A stretch of DNA of 64,000 nt from Clostridia bacterium (GCA_017465885.1 JAFTVG010000021.1:46500-110499); one strand, 5' to 3'. Shown: positions 47,642-58,820, numbered from the stretch's first letter. Notes: generated by a model not told the origin, from the sequence alone. Numbers and translations: made by a program.

Positions 47642-49054
47642 ATGAGAAAGACCAAAATTATTTGCACGGTGGGCCCTGCCTGCTCGGATGAAGAAACGCT
47701 GACCGCCATGGCGCTGGCGGGAATGAACGTGGCAAGACTGAACTTTTCCCACGGCAGTCACGAGGAGCATAAGAAGCGCATTGACCTTTTGAAGAAGGTA
47801 CGCGCAAAGCTGAACCTGCCCATTGCCATTATGCTGGACACCAAGGGCCCGGAATACCGCATCGGCGTGTTCAAAAAGGGAAAAGAGACCCTTTTGGAGG
47901 GTCAGGAATTCACCTTCACCGCCGAAAATATTGAGGGCGATGACAAAAGGGTATCGGTCAGCTACAAAATGCTGGCAAAGGAGCTTTTCCCCGGGGACAG
48001 AGTCCTTGTGAACAACGGACTTCTGATCTTTGAGGTCTTGCGCACCGAGGGGGAGGACGTGGTCTGCCGCGTGCTGTCGGGCGGCGTGATCTCCGACAGA
48101 AAAAGCATGAGCTTCCCCGGAAAAGTATTGAAGCAGGACTATTTGTCCGCCCAGGACAAGGAGGATCTGCTCTTCGGTATTGAGCAGGAGGTGGATTTTG
48201 TTGCCTGCTCCTTCGTGTCGATGGCGCAGGATCTGATCGACGTGCGCACCTTCCTTGATGCAAACGGCGGAAAGGAGCTGTCGCTGATCGCCAAGATCGA
48301 GAACCGTCCCGGTGTGGATGCTATTGAGGAGATCACCGAGTGGTGCGACGGCATTATGATCGGCAGAGGCGATATGGGCGTGGAGATTCCCTTTGAGGAG
48401 CTGCCCGCCATTCAGAAAAAGCTGATCTCCAAATGCAGGATGCTTGGAAAGAGAGTCATCACCGCCACCGAGATGTTAGAGTCGATGATCACCAATCCCC
48501 GCCCCACCAGAGCCGAGATCTCCGACGTGGCAAACGCCGTTTACGACGGCACCAGTGCCGTGATGCTCTCGGGCGAGACCGCCGCGGGCAAGCACCCTGT
48601 GCTGACGGTGGAGACCATGGCGCGCATCGTTTATCAGACCGAGCAGAATATCCACTACGCCAAGCGCTTCCACCAAAAGGAATTCCGCATCAAAAACAAT
48701 ATGGACGCCATTTCCCATTCGGTTTGCGGAATGTCCATCGATCTTGATGCCAAAGCCATCGTGGTCTGCTCCCTTTCGGGCAAGACCTCCAGAATGGTCT
48801 CCCGTTTCCGTCCGCCCGTGGACATCATCGGGCTGTGCGTCAACGAAAAGACCTGGCGCAAGCTCGCTCTTTCCTGGGGGGTGATCCCCGTGATGAGCGA
48901 GGTGATGCCCTCCATCGAGGTGCTGTTTTATACGGCAAAGAGAGCGGCTGTGGCGACCCTTGGTCTTGAAGCGGGCGATCGGATCATCATTACCGGCGGC
49001 TCGGTGATCGGGCAGTCGGGCACGACCAATACCATCCGCATCGAAACGGTGTGA
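47642..49054 (+). CDS. pyk: Pyruvate kinase
   Basis: RKTKIICT.GP, RLNFSHG, DTKGPE, RGDMG.E, MLSGETA. Confidence 0.97.
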   Translation: MRKTKIICTVGPACSDEETLTAMALAGMNVARLNFSHGSHEEHKKRIDLLKKVRAKLNLPIAIMLDTKGPEYRIGVFKKGKETLLEGQEFTFTAENIEGDDKRVSVSYKMLAKELFPGDRVLVNNGLLIFEVLRTEGEDVVCRVLSGGVISDRKSMSFPGKVLKQDYLSAQDKEDLLFGIEQEVDFVACSFVSMAQDLIDVRTFLDANGGKELSLIAKIENRPGVDAIEEITEWCDGIMIGRGDMGVEIPFEELPAIQKKLISKCRMLGKRVITATEMLESMITNPRPTRAEISDVANAVYDGTSAVMLSGETAAGKHPVLTVETMARIVYQTEQNIHYAKRFHQKEFRIKNNMDAISHSVCGMSIDLDAKAIVVCSLSGKTSRMVSRFRPPVDIIGLCVNEKTWRKLALSWGVIPVMSEVMPSIEVLFYTAKRAAVATLGLEAGDRIIITGGSVIGQSGTTNTIRIETV

Positions 49055-49205
49055 GACGGTAAAAGCGGATCCCCCTCTCGTAACGGGCAGGGAGAGTACA
49101 TACAAGCGGGATCTGCAGAGCGTTGCGGATCCCTTTCTTTTGCTGTGCAAAAAAGAGGAAATAAAGGGATTTTTTGAAAAATACAAAAGAAAAAGAGGTG
49201 AGGCT

Positions 49206-50864
49206 GTGACCTGGTTTTTACTGCTTTGTACGTTGGTGATCTTTGCGGGGGTGCTTTTATATAAGGTGTCCGACCGCTTCGGCTTTCCCGTGCTGCTGGC
49301 GTTCATATTCCTTGGAATGCTGTTCGGCAGCGACGGGCTTTTGCGTATTCCCTTTGAGGATTACGGCTTTGCCGAGCAGATCTGCTCGGTGGCGCTGATC
49401 TTTATTATGTTTTACGGCGGCTTTGGCACCAACTTCAAGCGCGCCAAGCCGGTTCTCGGCAGGTCGGTTCTGCTGTCCACTCTGGGCGTTGCCCTGACTG
49501 CCGTTTTCACCGGACTGTTTTGTCATCTGGCACTTGGTATGGACTGGGCGGAGAGCTTCCTTTTGGGCTCGGTGATGAGCTCCACCGACGCCGCCTCGGT
49601 CTTCTCGGTGCTTCGAGCCAAAAAGCTGAATTTGAAATACAATACCGCCTCTCTTTTAGAGGTGGAGAGCGGCAGTAACGACCCCTGCTCCTATATGCTC
49701 ACCGTCTTTTTCATTTCGGTGGTCAACGGAAACGCCGCTCCGGGGCAGATGCTCTACACCATCTTTGCCCAGATCGCCTACGGCGCCATCGGCGGCTTTC
49801 TCATCGGTCTTGTGGCTTCGCTCCTGCTTCGGAAGATCAAATTCCCTGCTCCCGGCTTTGATTCAGTCTTCGTCATCGGTATTGCCCTTCTTTCCTATGC
49901 CGCTCCCGCTGTCCTTGGGGGCAACGGCTATCTGTCGGCGTACATCGTGGGTATTTTTCTCGGAAACGGTGAGATGCCCAATAAAAAGAGTCTGGTCTAC
50001 TTCTTCGACGGGGCAACGAGCCTGGTGCAGATGGCAGTCTTCTTCCTGCTGGGTCTGCTTTCCTCTCCCTCGAAGCTGCCCGCTATTGCTCTGCCCGCCA
50101 TCCTTATTGCCCTCTTTTTGACGCTGATCGCCCGACCTGCGGTGATCGCCCTTCTGCTGTCGCCCTTCAAGTGTAAGATAAACCAGCAGGCGCTGGTCGC
50201 CTTTGCGGGGCTAAGGGGTGCATCCTCCATCGTCTTTGCCATTATGGCGGTGATGAGTGTGGAGGCAAAAAACGATCTGTTCCACATTGTTTTCTTTGTG
50301 GTCCTCTTTTCCATTGCCATTCAGGGAACCCTTCTGCCCTTCGTTTCAAAGAAGCTGCGGATGATCGATGAATCGGGCGACGTGATGAAGACCTTTAACG
50401 ACTACAGCGAGGAGGTGGACGTGCGCTTCGTGCAGTTCGTTCTGCCCGAGGGGCACAAGTGGTGCGGAAGGCGTCTTTGCGACGTGACCTTTCCGCCCGG
50501 TACTCTTGCCGTTCTGATCCTGCGGGAGGGGGCGCAGATCGTCCCCAGAGGCACCACCGTCCTGCAGGAAGGGGACAAGGTGATCCTCAGCGGCGACGCC
50601 GCAAAGCAGGGGGAGGAGCTGAACTTTGCCGAGGTGACCATTGAAAGCGAGGAGGAGGGGGTCGGAAAGCCCTTAAAGGACTGCCCGCTGACCAGCAAGG
50701 CGCTGGTGATGATGGTCAAAAGAAAGGATCTGGTGATCATTCCCAAGGGACATCTGATCCTGCGCCGCGGCGACGTGCTGGTCATCCACAAAAGAGAGCC
50801 TGCGGCAAAGCAAGCTCTGCCCGAGGGTGCTCTTTCTGCCCTGAATCAAGACGCGGGCGTCTGA
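49206..50864 (+). CDS. K+/H+ antiporter (CPA1, CvrA/NhaP2-like) with RCK_C domains
   Basis: SSTDAASVF, EVESGSNDP, GLRGASSI; two TrkA-C-like repeats (IVPRG, IIPKG). Confidence 0.92.
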   Translation: MTWFLLLCTLVIFAGVLLYKVSDRFGFPVLLAFIFLGMLFGSDGLLRIPFEDYGFAEQICSVALIFIMFYGGFGTNFKRAKPVLGRSVLLSTLGVALTAVFTGLFCHLALGMDWAESFLLGSVMSSTDAASVFSVLRAKKLNLKYNTASLLEVESGSNDPCSYMLTVFFISVVNGNAAPGQMLYTIFAQIAYGAIGGFLIGLVASLLLRKIKFPAPGFDSVFVIGIALLSYAAPAVLGGNGYLSAYIVGIFLGNGEMPNKKSLVYFFDGATSLVQMAVFFLLGLLSSPSKLPAIALPAILIALFLTLIARPAVIALLLSPFKCKINQQALVAFAGLRGASSIVFAIMAVMSVEAKNDLFHIVFFVVLFSIAIQGTLLPFVSKKLRMIDESGDVMKTFNDYSEEVDVRFVQFVLPEGHKWCGRRLCDVTFPPGTLAVLILREGAQIVPRGTTVLQEGDKVILSGDAAKQGEELNFAEVTIESEEEGVGKPLKDCPLTSKALVMMVKRKDLVIIPKGHLILRRGDVLVIHKREPAAKQALPEGALSALNQDAGV

Positions 50865-51182
50865 CCTACAAACAGCCCCTTTTTGCAAGCTCTTTTACGA
50901 TCTATAACCGAAGGCTTCCGACGGATACCCGTCGGGAGCTTTCGCATTTTTTGAGGGAGACGCTTGATAAAGGTGCGCAAAAAACGGTACAGCGTTTATA
51001 TTGGGGCAAAAAAGAGGGTTTAAAATGGTAAAAAAGGAAAAAGGGCACGGGGAGGCTCTTTTTCCGCCGCTTTTTCGTGAACTTTTCAAAAAAACTTGCA
51101 TTTTCCGTTGCCCTGTGTTATAATAAAGAAGATTATAAGGAAAAGTACGCCCGTATACGGGCTTTGATACAGGAGAAAGGCT

Positions 51183-52376
51183 ATGTGGCTGTTTGGAAAG
51201 AGATTGAACATCAAAAAAGCGGCAAGAGGTGAGGAGGAAAGCAGCTGCCCCGAGGACCTGCCCGTCTTTGCCCCCGAGATCGAAACGGGTATTTCGGAAT
51301 ACACCGAGCCCGAGGTGCAGTCGGAGATCGCCGATGAGCTTCCCACCTTTGACGAGGACGAGGAAAGACCCTTCACCATGCCCGCCAGCGACTCTTTTTT
51401 GGAGGAGACCGAGGACGAGGAGGCAGAGGAAGGGGCAGACGAAGGGGAGGACTCCGCAAGGGAGGAGCAAGCTTTGATCGTGCCCGAGGAGCAAGCAGAG
51501 GAGCTGTCAGAGGAGCAAGTCGAGGAGCAGCCCGAGGACGTGGAGGAGGAAGAGGCGGAAGAGCCCCGCATCTACGAGGAGGGCGAAAGCCCCGCCGAGA
51601 TCTACGAGGAATTACGGGATCTGCCCTATGCCTCAAGAACCTACGGTCTTCTTGAGGACAGAATGCTTCTGGTCCATCCCGACGGTTTGGGCGGACTCTT
51701 CCTGTTTGAGGAATATGGCGATTATCAGGTGGCTTCTCCCGATAAATGCAAGCTGTTCGTCCGCCTGAAGGGACTGAAGGGCCGCTTTAAGGGGAAGAAC
51801 TACGCCACTGCCGATTTTGAATACGTGATCAAGAACCGTGCCTGGCCGCTGATGGTGCTGGCGACCAACAAAAATCAGTATCGCTCTGCCATCGACCAGG
51901 GCTACAAGCCCTATAAGACGGCACCCGACGGCAAAGGAATGCTTCTTTGCAAGGATATTTCCCTTTACCGCATCAAGGATCTGACCCTGCGGGTGGAGCT
52001 GACTCTGCCCACTCCCGTGCTGACCACGGCGGAGTATCTGGTCAATCTTCAGCGCACCGACCTTGAAGAGGTGGACTGCGAGAAGCAGTTCAAAAAGCTG
52101 TGCCGCAGAGTGGGCGAGTATCTGCACGAGCAGAGCGGTGAGGCGCTCTTTACCGCACAGGTGCTGAAGGTGGCAAAGAACCTGGTGGTCTGCTTCCCGC
52201 TGGAGGGCGTTGCCCAAAAGGGCGACCGCTTTGGCGGAGACGTGATCACCGCCGTTGCACCCGCATCGGACGGCACGCTGATCCTGCAGATCGGAAGCGA
52301 GCAGAACGTTCGCCTGCCTTTAGAGGCGGGGGGTGCGTACAAGGGACAGCACCTCCTTGCTCTGCCCACCGAATAA
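51183..52376 (+). CDS. Hypothetical protein with long acidic N-terminal region
   Basis: 397-aa ORF with RBS and TTGCAT/TATAAT-like promoter; Glu-rich low-complexity first ~130 aa. Confidence 0.75.
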   Translation: MWLFGKRLNIKKAARGEEESSCPEDLPVFAPEIETGISEYTEPEVQSEIADELPTFDEDEERPFTMPASDSFLEETEDEEAEEGADEGEDSAREEQALIVPEEQAEELSEEQVEEQPEDVEEEEAEEPRIYEEGESPAEIYEELRDLPYASRTYGLLEDRMLLVHPDGLGGLFLFEEYGDYQVASPDKCKLFVRLKGLKGRFKGKNYATADFEYVIKNRAWPLMVLATNKNQYRSAIDQGYKPYKTAPDGKGMLLCKDISLYRIKDLTLRVELTLPTPVLTTAEYLVNLQRTDLEEVDCEKQFKKLCRRVGEYLHEQSGEALFTAQVLKVAKNLVVCFPLEGVAQKGDRFGGDVITAVAPASDGTLILQIGSEQNVRLPLEAGGAYKGQHLLALPTE

Positions 52377-52446
52377 GGGAAGAATAGGGGATGAGATCCC
52401 CTCATAGAATGGAATAGATCGTGATAAGCGGGAAAGGAGAGTAAGG

Positions 52447-53970
52447 ATGAACGCTGAAAAAAGTCCGAAGGTGTCGATGCGCCTTTATCGGGCGGCGGGC
52501 GTTTTGGCTCTGCTTTCCTGCTTTTTGCTGCCGCTCACCTTTTTGGCGCAGCTGTTGTTTGTCGCCGACCTGACGGTGGGCGAGCATCTTTGGGAGCAGG
52601 GTGTTCTGGCAGTTCTTTCTGCGCTGTTTGAACAAATCAGGGAGGGGCAGATGTCGTTGGTCTACGACGTGACCCACCTGCTTGGAATGCTGGTGCTTCC
52701 CCTGTTTATGCTTCCCTTTGCCCTGATCTGCTTCACGGCGCGGGAGCGCAGCGGTGGAAAGACCCGGGCGTGCCTTTTGTCGGGGCTGGGGTTTGAGGCG
52801 TATAGCCTTCTTTCCTTTGCCTGCCACATCCTTCTTGCCGTGGCGCTTTACCGCAGGCAGTGGCAGGAGGGCGTGTCCCACAGCGCCATACTGCGCATTT
52901 TGTTCACCGCCCTGGGAAGCGGCTTTGCCGAGCTTGCTGTCATCAGCCTTTTTGCCCTTTCTCTGCTTTACGTAGGTAGGACGGGCAAAAACCGCACTCT
53001 TGCGGTGGTAACGGGCGCGATGTGTATCTATCGGCTGCTTGAAGACAGCCTTTGGCTGGTGACCGGACTTTTTGACGGCACCCACGCTGCCTCCGATCCC
53101 TATCAGATCGCACACGGCGTACTCTTTCTTCTTGCAATGCTCTTTGCCTTTTCTGCCGCCGTGACGGTGGCGATGTCCTCCCCCAAGCCCTATGACGACG
53201 AGGGGCAGGCGTCCCTTAAAGATGCTCTGAGCGGCGCAAAAAGAGTGCTTGAAGCAAAGGCGAGAGGCGGGCAGGGGATGAGGCTGAAAAAGGGCTCGTA
53301 TCTCTACATCATCGGGGTCTGGCTTCTCTTTTTATCCTCGGTATCCTCGCTGATCTCTCTGGTGATCGGCGTTGTCTATAGAGGCGCACGGGCGGGAAGC
53401 GATCCCCTTCTTGATCCGTTCGGAAGCGATTATGCAGGCAGTATCTCCTCCTTGGTAATGTCGGGCGCCTTCATTCTGGTGTCGCTCGGTCTTGCTGTCA
53501 CGGTCATGCGTTACGGTCTGCGCACCAATTCGCTCACCGTTCCCCTGCGCATCGTGGGCATCACCATTCTTCCTCTGACCCTGGCGGTGATGATCGTCAT
53601 TTGGGCGCTTTTCGAGCAGGGCGGGACCTTTACTACCCTGTCTGTTCGTCTTTGGCGGGCGATCCCTCCCCTTGCCTTTGGAGTGAATCTGATCCGCGTG
53701 GCGCAGAATCAGAAGAATTCCCGAATGCTCACCCTCTTTTTTGGGGCGATGAGCGGATATTCCGCCTTTGCGGGCTTTGGCTTTGAGCGGCTGTTTTACG
53801 CCCATCTTTACGAGCTGACTGCCGAAAATCTGCGGGGCTACCTGACCGTCTTTTTCTTCTCGCTGGCGCTCTGCCTCTTTTTTGCGGGCATTTGTCTGTG
53901 TGTGTGCGGATGCGAGCGCAGGACGGGCACAAGAAGGCTGAGCAAGGACACCGAGCAGAGGAAGGAATAA
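52447..53970 (+). CDS. Hypothetical polytopic membrane protein
   Basis: 507-aa ORF with AAGGAG RBS; ~12 hydrophobic segments. Confidence 0.7.
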   Translation: MNAEKSPKVSMRLYRAAGVLALLSCFLLPLTFLAQLLFVADLTVGEHLWEQGVLAVLSALFEQIREGQMSLVYDVTHLLGMLVLPLFMLPFALICFTARERSGGKTRACLLSGLGFEAYSLLSFACHILLAVALYRRQWQEGVSHSAILRILFTALGSGFAELAVISLFALSLLYVGRTGKNRTLAVVTGAMCIYRLLEDSLWLVTGLFDGTHAASDPYQIAHGVLFLLAMLFAFSAAVTVAMSSPKPYDDEGQASLKDALSGAKRVLEAKARGGQGMRLKKGSYLYIIGVWLLFLSSVSSLISLVIGVVYRGARAGSDPLLDPFGSDYAGSISSLVMSGAFILVSLGLAVTVMRYGLRTNSLTVPLRIVGITILPLTLAVMIVIWALFEQGGTFTTLSVRLWRAIPPLAFGVNLIRVAQNQKNSRMLTLFFGAMSGYSAFAGFGFERLFYAHLYELTAENLRGYLTVFFFSLALCLFFAGICLCVCGCERRTGTRRLSKDTEQRKE

Positions 53971-54063
53971 ACAATACGAAAAAGCCGAAAGAATCCTAAA
54001 AAGCAAAACACCTCGATCTTCCTTGGGGAAGACAGAGGTGTTTTGCTTTTTGATGGGGATGCC

Positions 54064-54285
54064 TTACCACTCAAAGGCGGGCAGAGATCCCTTGCCGCCC
54101 ACGCTCAGCTGACCTTGCTCGGAGGGGGGGACGGGGGAGGGAGCGGGGCTGCTGCTTTCGGATGCCGAGGGGGTGGCGTCTGCGGGGGTGTCGGTGGTCT
54201 TGCCGCCCTTGGTGCAGGCAGAAAAAAGGGTCAGGGTCAGCAGTAACGCACAAAGAAGCGCGGTGATCTTCAGAAGAGTTTTCAT
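54064..54285 (-). CDS. Very short lipoprotein (signal peptide plus Pro/Ser linker)
   Basis: GAAAGGA RBS, TTGACA/CATAGT-type promoter, lipobox FSA-C. Confidence 0.65.
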   Translation of the reverse strand: MKTLLKITALLCALLLTLTLFSACTKGGKTTDTPADATPSASESSSPAPSPVPPSEQGQLSVGGKGSLPAFEW

Positions 54286-54515
54286 ATCGTTCCTTTCGTG
54301 GAGCAAGGAGCCTTGCTTTTTGATGTGCTCATTATACTATGAAAGATCGGTTTTGTCAAGAGCGGCAAAAATCCGCCCTGCCGCGAAAGGGTGATGCACT
54401 TAGCGGAGAAATTTTATAAGGGGTATGGGCATAGCCCTAACTTGCAATAAAAACAGAAGAGAGAGTAACGCGGTTACAAAATTCCGTGAAGCTCTCTCTC
54501 TTTTTCTGCTTTTTT

Positions 54516-54721
54516 AGTGATATTCTTTGCTCTTACAAAGAGTGATATTATTGCTACCGCAATAGTGATATTGAAGCCTTGCGGCTTCAGTGATATTCTA
54601 TTCGCCCTTCAAACTCGCGAAGCGAATACCACTCGGCGCGAGCCGAATATCACTGCGTAGCAATATCACTCGCCACAGGCGAATAGAACTGGCGTGATAC
54701 TCCGATAAGAGTATCACGCCA
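54516..54721. repeat. Symmetric multi-hairpin element C (core AGTGATATT) with adjacent hairpin
   Basis: Cores at 54516, 54541, 54564, 54589; inverted cores at 54625, 54646, 54662, 54682; small hairpins between cores. Confidence 0.88.
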
Positions 54722-54772
54722 AAGCGGCAGGGCGTTTTTGTTCGTCGGGAGAACTCTCGGCTTGCGGTAAGG

Positions 54773-55192
54773 TCAAGCCAGCGCGATGGTGCGGGTGGCG
54801 GGCTCTTCCTTCTTTTTCTTAGGTAGGGTCAGAGTGAGCACACCGTTTTCAAGACGTCCCTCGATTCCTTCCTCGTCGATTGCAGAAAGGTCGAAGTGTC
54901 TTTCCATCTTGCCGTAGTGTCTTTCTCTGAAGAGATAGCCGCCCTCCTTCTGCTCCTCCTTTTCTTCCTTCTTTTCAGCGCTGACGGTGAGCACGCCGTC
55001 CTTCACGCTGACGCTTACCTCCTCCTTCTTGTAGCCGGGAAGATCTGCCTCGATGAGGAACCTGTCCCCCTCGTCCTTCACATCGGTACGAAATGCCGTG
55101 GGAAGGGAAGCGGACTTGACGGGTGCAAAGAAGGGATCGTCAAACAGGGAAAAAGGGGTGAAAGGGGTGTAGGGGCGCATAGAATTCAACAT
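54773..55192 (-). CDS. Hsp20 small heat-shock protein
   Basis: FRTDV, EADLPG, RERHYG.MER.F, NGVLTLTLPK; GGAGG RBS. Confidence 0.94.
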   Translation of the reverse strand: MLNSMRPYTPFTPFSLFDDPFFAPVKSASLPTAFRTDVKDEGDRFLIEADLPGYKKEEVSVSVKDGVLTVSAEKKEEKEEQKEGGYLFRERHYGKMERHFDLSAIDEEGIEGRLENGVLTLTLPKKKKEEPATRTIALA

Positions 55193-55388
55193 AATCAATA
55201 CCTCCGTGATTCGTTTTGCGTTGTGCGATCCGCTTGGGAACGGGTCGCTTTTTGGATTGGCTTTGTTTTTTTGTTTTTGTTTCGCATCGACGTTTTTCGA
55301 TCGGACTTTTTCTTTCGTTCCGATCTTGTCTACAGTATACACCTGCTTTGTGAAATAGGAATGCTTTTTTTATGTCCTTTTTGTAAAT

Positions 55389-55415
55389 TTAGCACTCCTG
55401 TGAGCGGAGTGCTAA
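55389..55415. promoter_or_regulatory. CIRCE element (HrcA operator) upstream of hsp20
   Basis: Perfect TTAGCACTC-N9-GAGTGCTAA. Confidence 0.95.
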
Positions 55416-55554
55416 ACAAACTTTGGGCAATGAAAGAAAAACGGGGGCGTAAAAGGTGATATTTACCCTTAAATTTGCAAACGAATGTTTAGAATGCTAA
55501 AACTGCTGCAAAAAAGAGCCGCCCCGCGGGGCGGCTCTTTGAAGGATCTTTTGA

Positions 55555-57288
<1,734 letters not shown>

Positions 57289-57296
57289 CTAAATAC

Positions 57297-57370
<74 letters not shown>

Positions 57371-57374
57371 ATAC

Positions 57375-57451
57375 GTGCCCTTAGCTCAGCCGGATAGAGC
57401 AACTGCCTTCTAAGCAGTAGGTCGGAGGTTCGAATCCCCCAGGGCACGCCA
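57375..57451 (+). tRNA. tRNA-Arg (TCT)
   Basis: GTGCCCT/AGGGCAC, ACTGC-CTTCTAA-GCAGT, CCA. Confidence 0.95.
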
Positions 57452-57483
57452 ACGGAAAGCCTGTATAGGCTTTCCGCATATAT

Positions 57484-57561
57484 GGTGGAATTGGCGCAGT
57501 TGGCTAGCGCGTCAGATTGTGGCTCTGAAGGCCGTGGGTTCGAATCCCATATTCCACCCCA
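57484..57561 (+). tRNA. tRNA-His (GTG)
   Basis: G-1 plus GTGGAAT/ATTCCAC, TCAGA-TTGTGGC-TCTGA, C73, CCA. Confidence 0.95.
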
Positions 57562-57597
57562 GAAAACGACAAGTTTCGACAGAAACTTGTCGTTTTC
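57562..57597 (+). terminator. Hairpin/terminator after tRNA-His
   Basis: GAAAACGACAAGTTTC-GACA-GAAACTTGTCGTTTTC. Confidence 0.75.
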
Positions 57598-57770
57598 AAC
57601 TAAATCCACCCTTGCGGGTGGGTGAAATCATCTTCGACGATGAAATCCAACTTCGTTGGATGAAATTCGCCTCGACGGCGAGTGGGTGGATTTAATTTCA
57701 TCTGAGGCAGAGCCGAAGATTTCATCAGCGTTAGCTGATTTCATCCTTGCATCAGCAAGGATTTCATTTT
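57597..57770. repeat. Symmetric multi-hairpin element A (core GATGAAATC)
   Basis: TGAAAT at 57623, 57641, 57661 (degenerate at 57601); ATTTCA at 57695, 57719, 57738, 57761; hairpins between cores. Confidence 0.88.
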
Positions 57771-57869
57771 TTGCAAGAGTTCGAAGTCATACGCGAAAAC
57801 GGCAACAATATCTTTTTCGTAGCCCATAGACAACAAAAAGCGCACCTTTGTCGGTAGACAAAGGTGACT

Positions 57870-58050
57870 TTTTTCAATGATATCCGTTCCTTGCGGAACG
57901 GGTGATATATCTTCGATATGATATCGCTCTACGAGCGATGATATATGCCTTCGGCATATAAAGGAACGGATATTATATCATGCTTGCGAAGCAAGCATAT
58001 CATACGGCTCGCCGTATATCATATCGCGTTAGCGATATATCATTGAAAAA
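57870..58050. repeat. Symmetric multi-hairpin element B (core TGATAT) with 14-bp terminal inverted repeat
   Basis: TGATAT at 57878, 57903, 57919, 57939; ATATCA at 57975, 57997, 58016, 58037; ends TTTTTCAATGATAT / ATATCATTGAAAAA. Confidence 0.9.
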
Positions 58051-58093
58051 CATAACGTTTTATGATATAATACTGATGAAAGAAGGTGTGTTT

Positions 58094-58447
58094 ATGTCCG
58101 AAAACAAATTACTTGACTTGTCTTTTGAATTCGCAGTTGCAATTGTTAATCTTGTTGACGGTGTAACTGCACCCAAAAGTTCCTATATGACCGATCAGCT
58201 TGCAAGATCCGGCACTTCTGTTGGCGCGAATATCCACGAAGCGCAATACGCACAAAGCAAAAAAGATTTTGTTGCAAAGTTGGAAATTGCTTTGAAAGAA
58301 TCCAACGAAACAAGCTATTGGCTAAAACTTATGTTTGAAACCAAACGGATAGATAATGCAACATATCAACACGCAGAGAAACTTTGTGGCAATATCCGCA
58401 GGCTTTTGATCGCATCTTGTAAAACCGCAAAGGAGAATGTAAAATGA
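58094..58447 (+). CDS. Four-helix-bundle protein (23S rRNA IVS protein / Avd-like family)
   Basis: SFEFAV.IV, QLARSGTSVGANIHEA, S.KDF..KLEIALKE..ET.YWL signature. Confidence 0.92.
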   Translation: MSENKLLDLSFEFAVAIVNLVDGVTAPKSSYMTDQLARSGTSVGANIHEAQYAQSKKDFVAKLEIALKESNETSYWLKLMFETKRIDNATYQHAEKLCGNIRRLLIASCKTAKENVK

Positions 58448-58820
58448 ACTTCTTTACAAAATTGTTTAAGAAGAAATTAAAGGAAGAAACACCGCCAATG
58501 CCCTCTTGGGAAACTGTCGTTGAAATGATGTACACAAACATCTGGATGCATTTTCCGATGAAATTGCAAAAGTGATTTATTCAAAAGATCGCTCGATGAG
58601 GTATGTTGTACTGAAGGACGAAAATGGTTTTTTCACTTATCAGCTGGAAGCAATCTATCAGTATGATGAAGACGAATGGAAATATATTTGTTCACACGAC
58701 AATGTGCTACCTGCTATTTGGGAGCCATTTAGAGGAATTGTCGGGAAATCCGTTTTTGAAAATATAGACGAATTGCTTAATGAATTAAAAGCAGAACCGG
58801 AGTATAAGCAATATTTTTGA
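58444..58820 (+). pseudogene. Frameshifted hypothetical gene coupled to the four-helix-bundle gene
   Basis: ATG overlaps the upstream TGA; one base added near 58534 would join MNFFTKLF...EMMY to the 58572-58820 ORF. Confidence 0.6.

Noticed and set aside
54516-54690. CRISPR array or simple operator repeats in elements A-C
   Set aside because: Cores are only 6-9 bp, flip orientation midway and are separated by self-complementary spacers
57980-58093. N-terminal extension of the four-helix-bundle ORF
   Set aside because: Runs through element B; the RBS (GAAGGTG) supports the ATG at 58094
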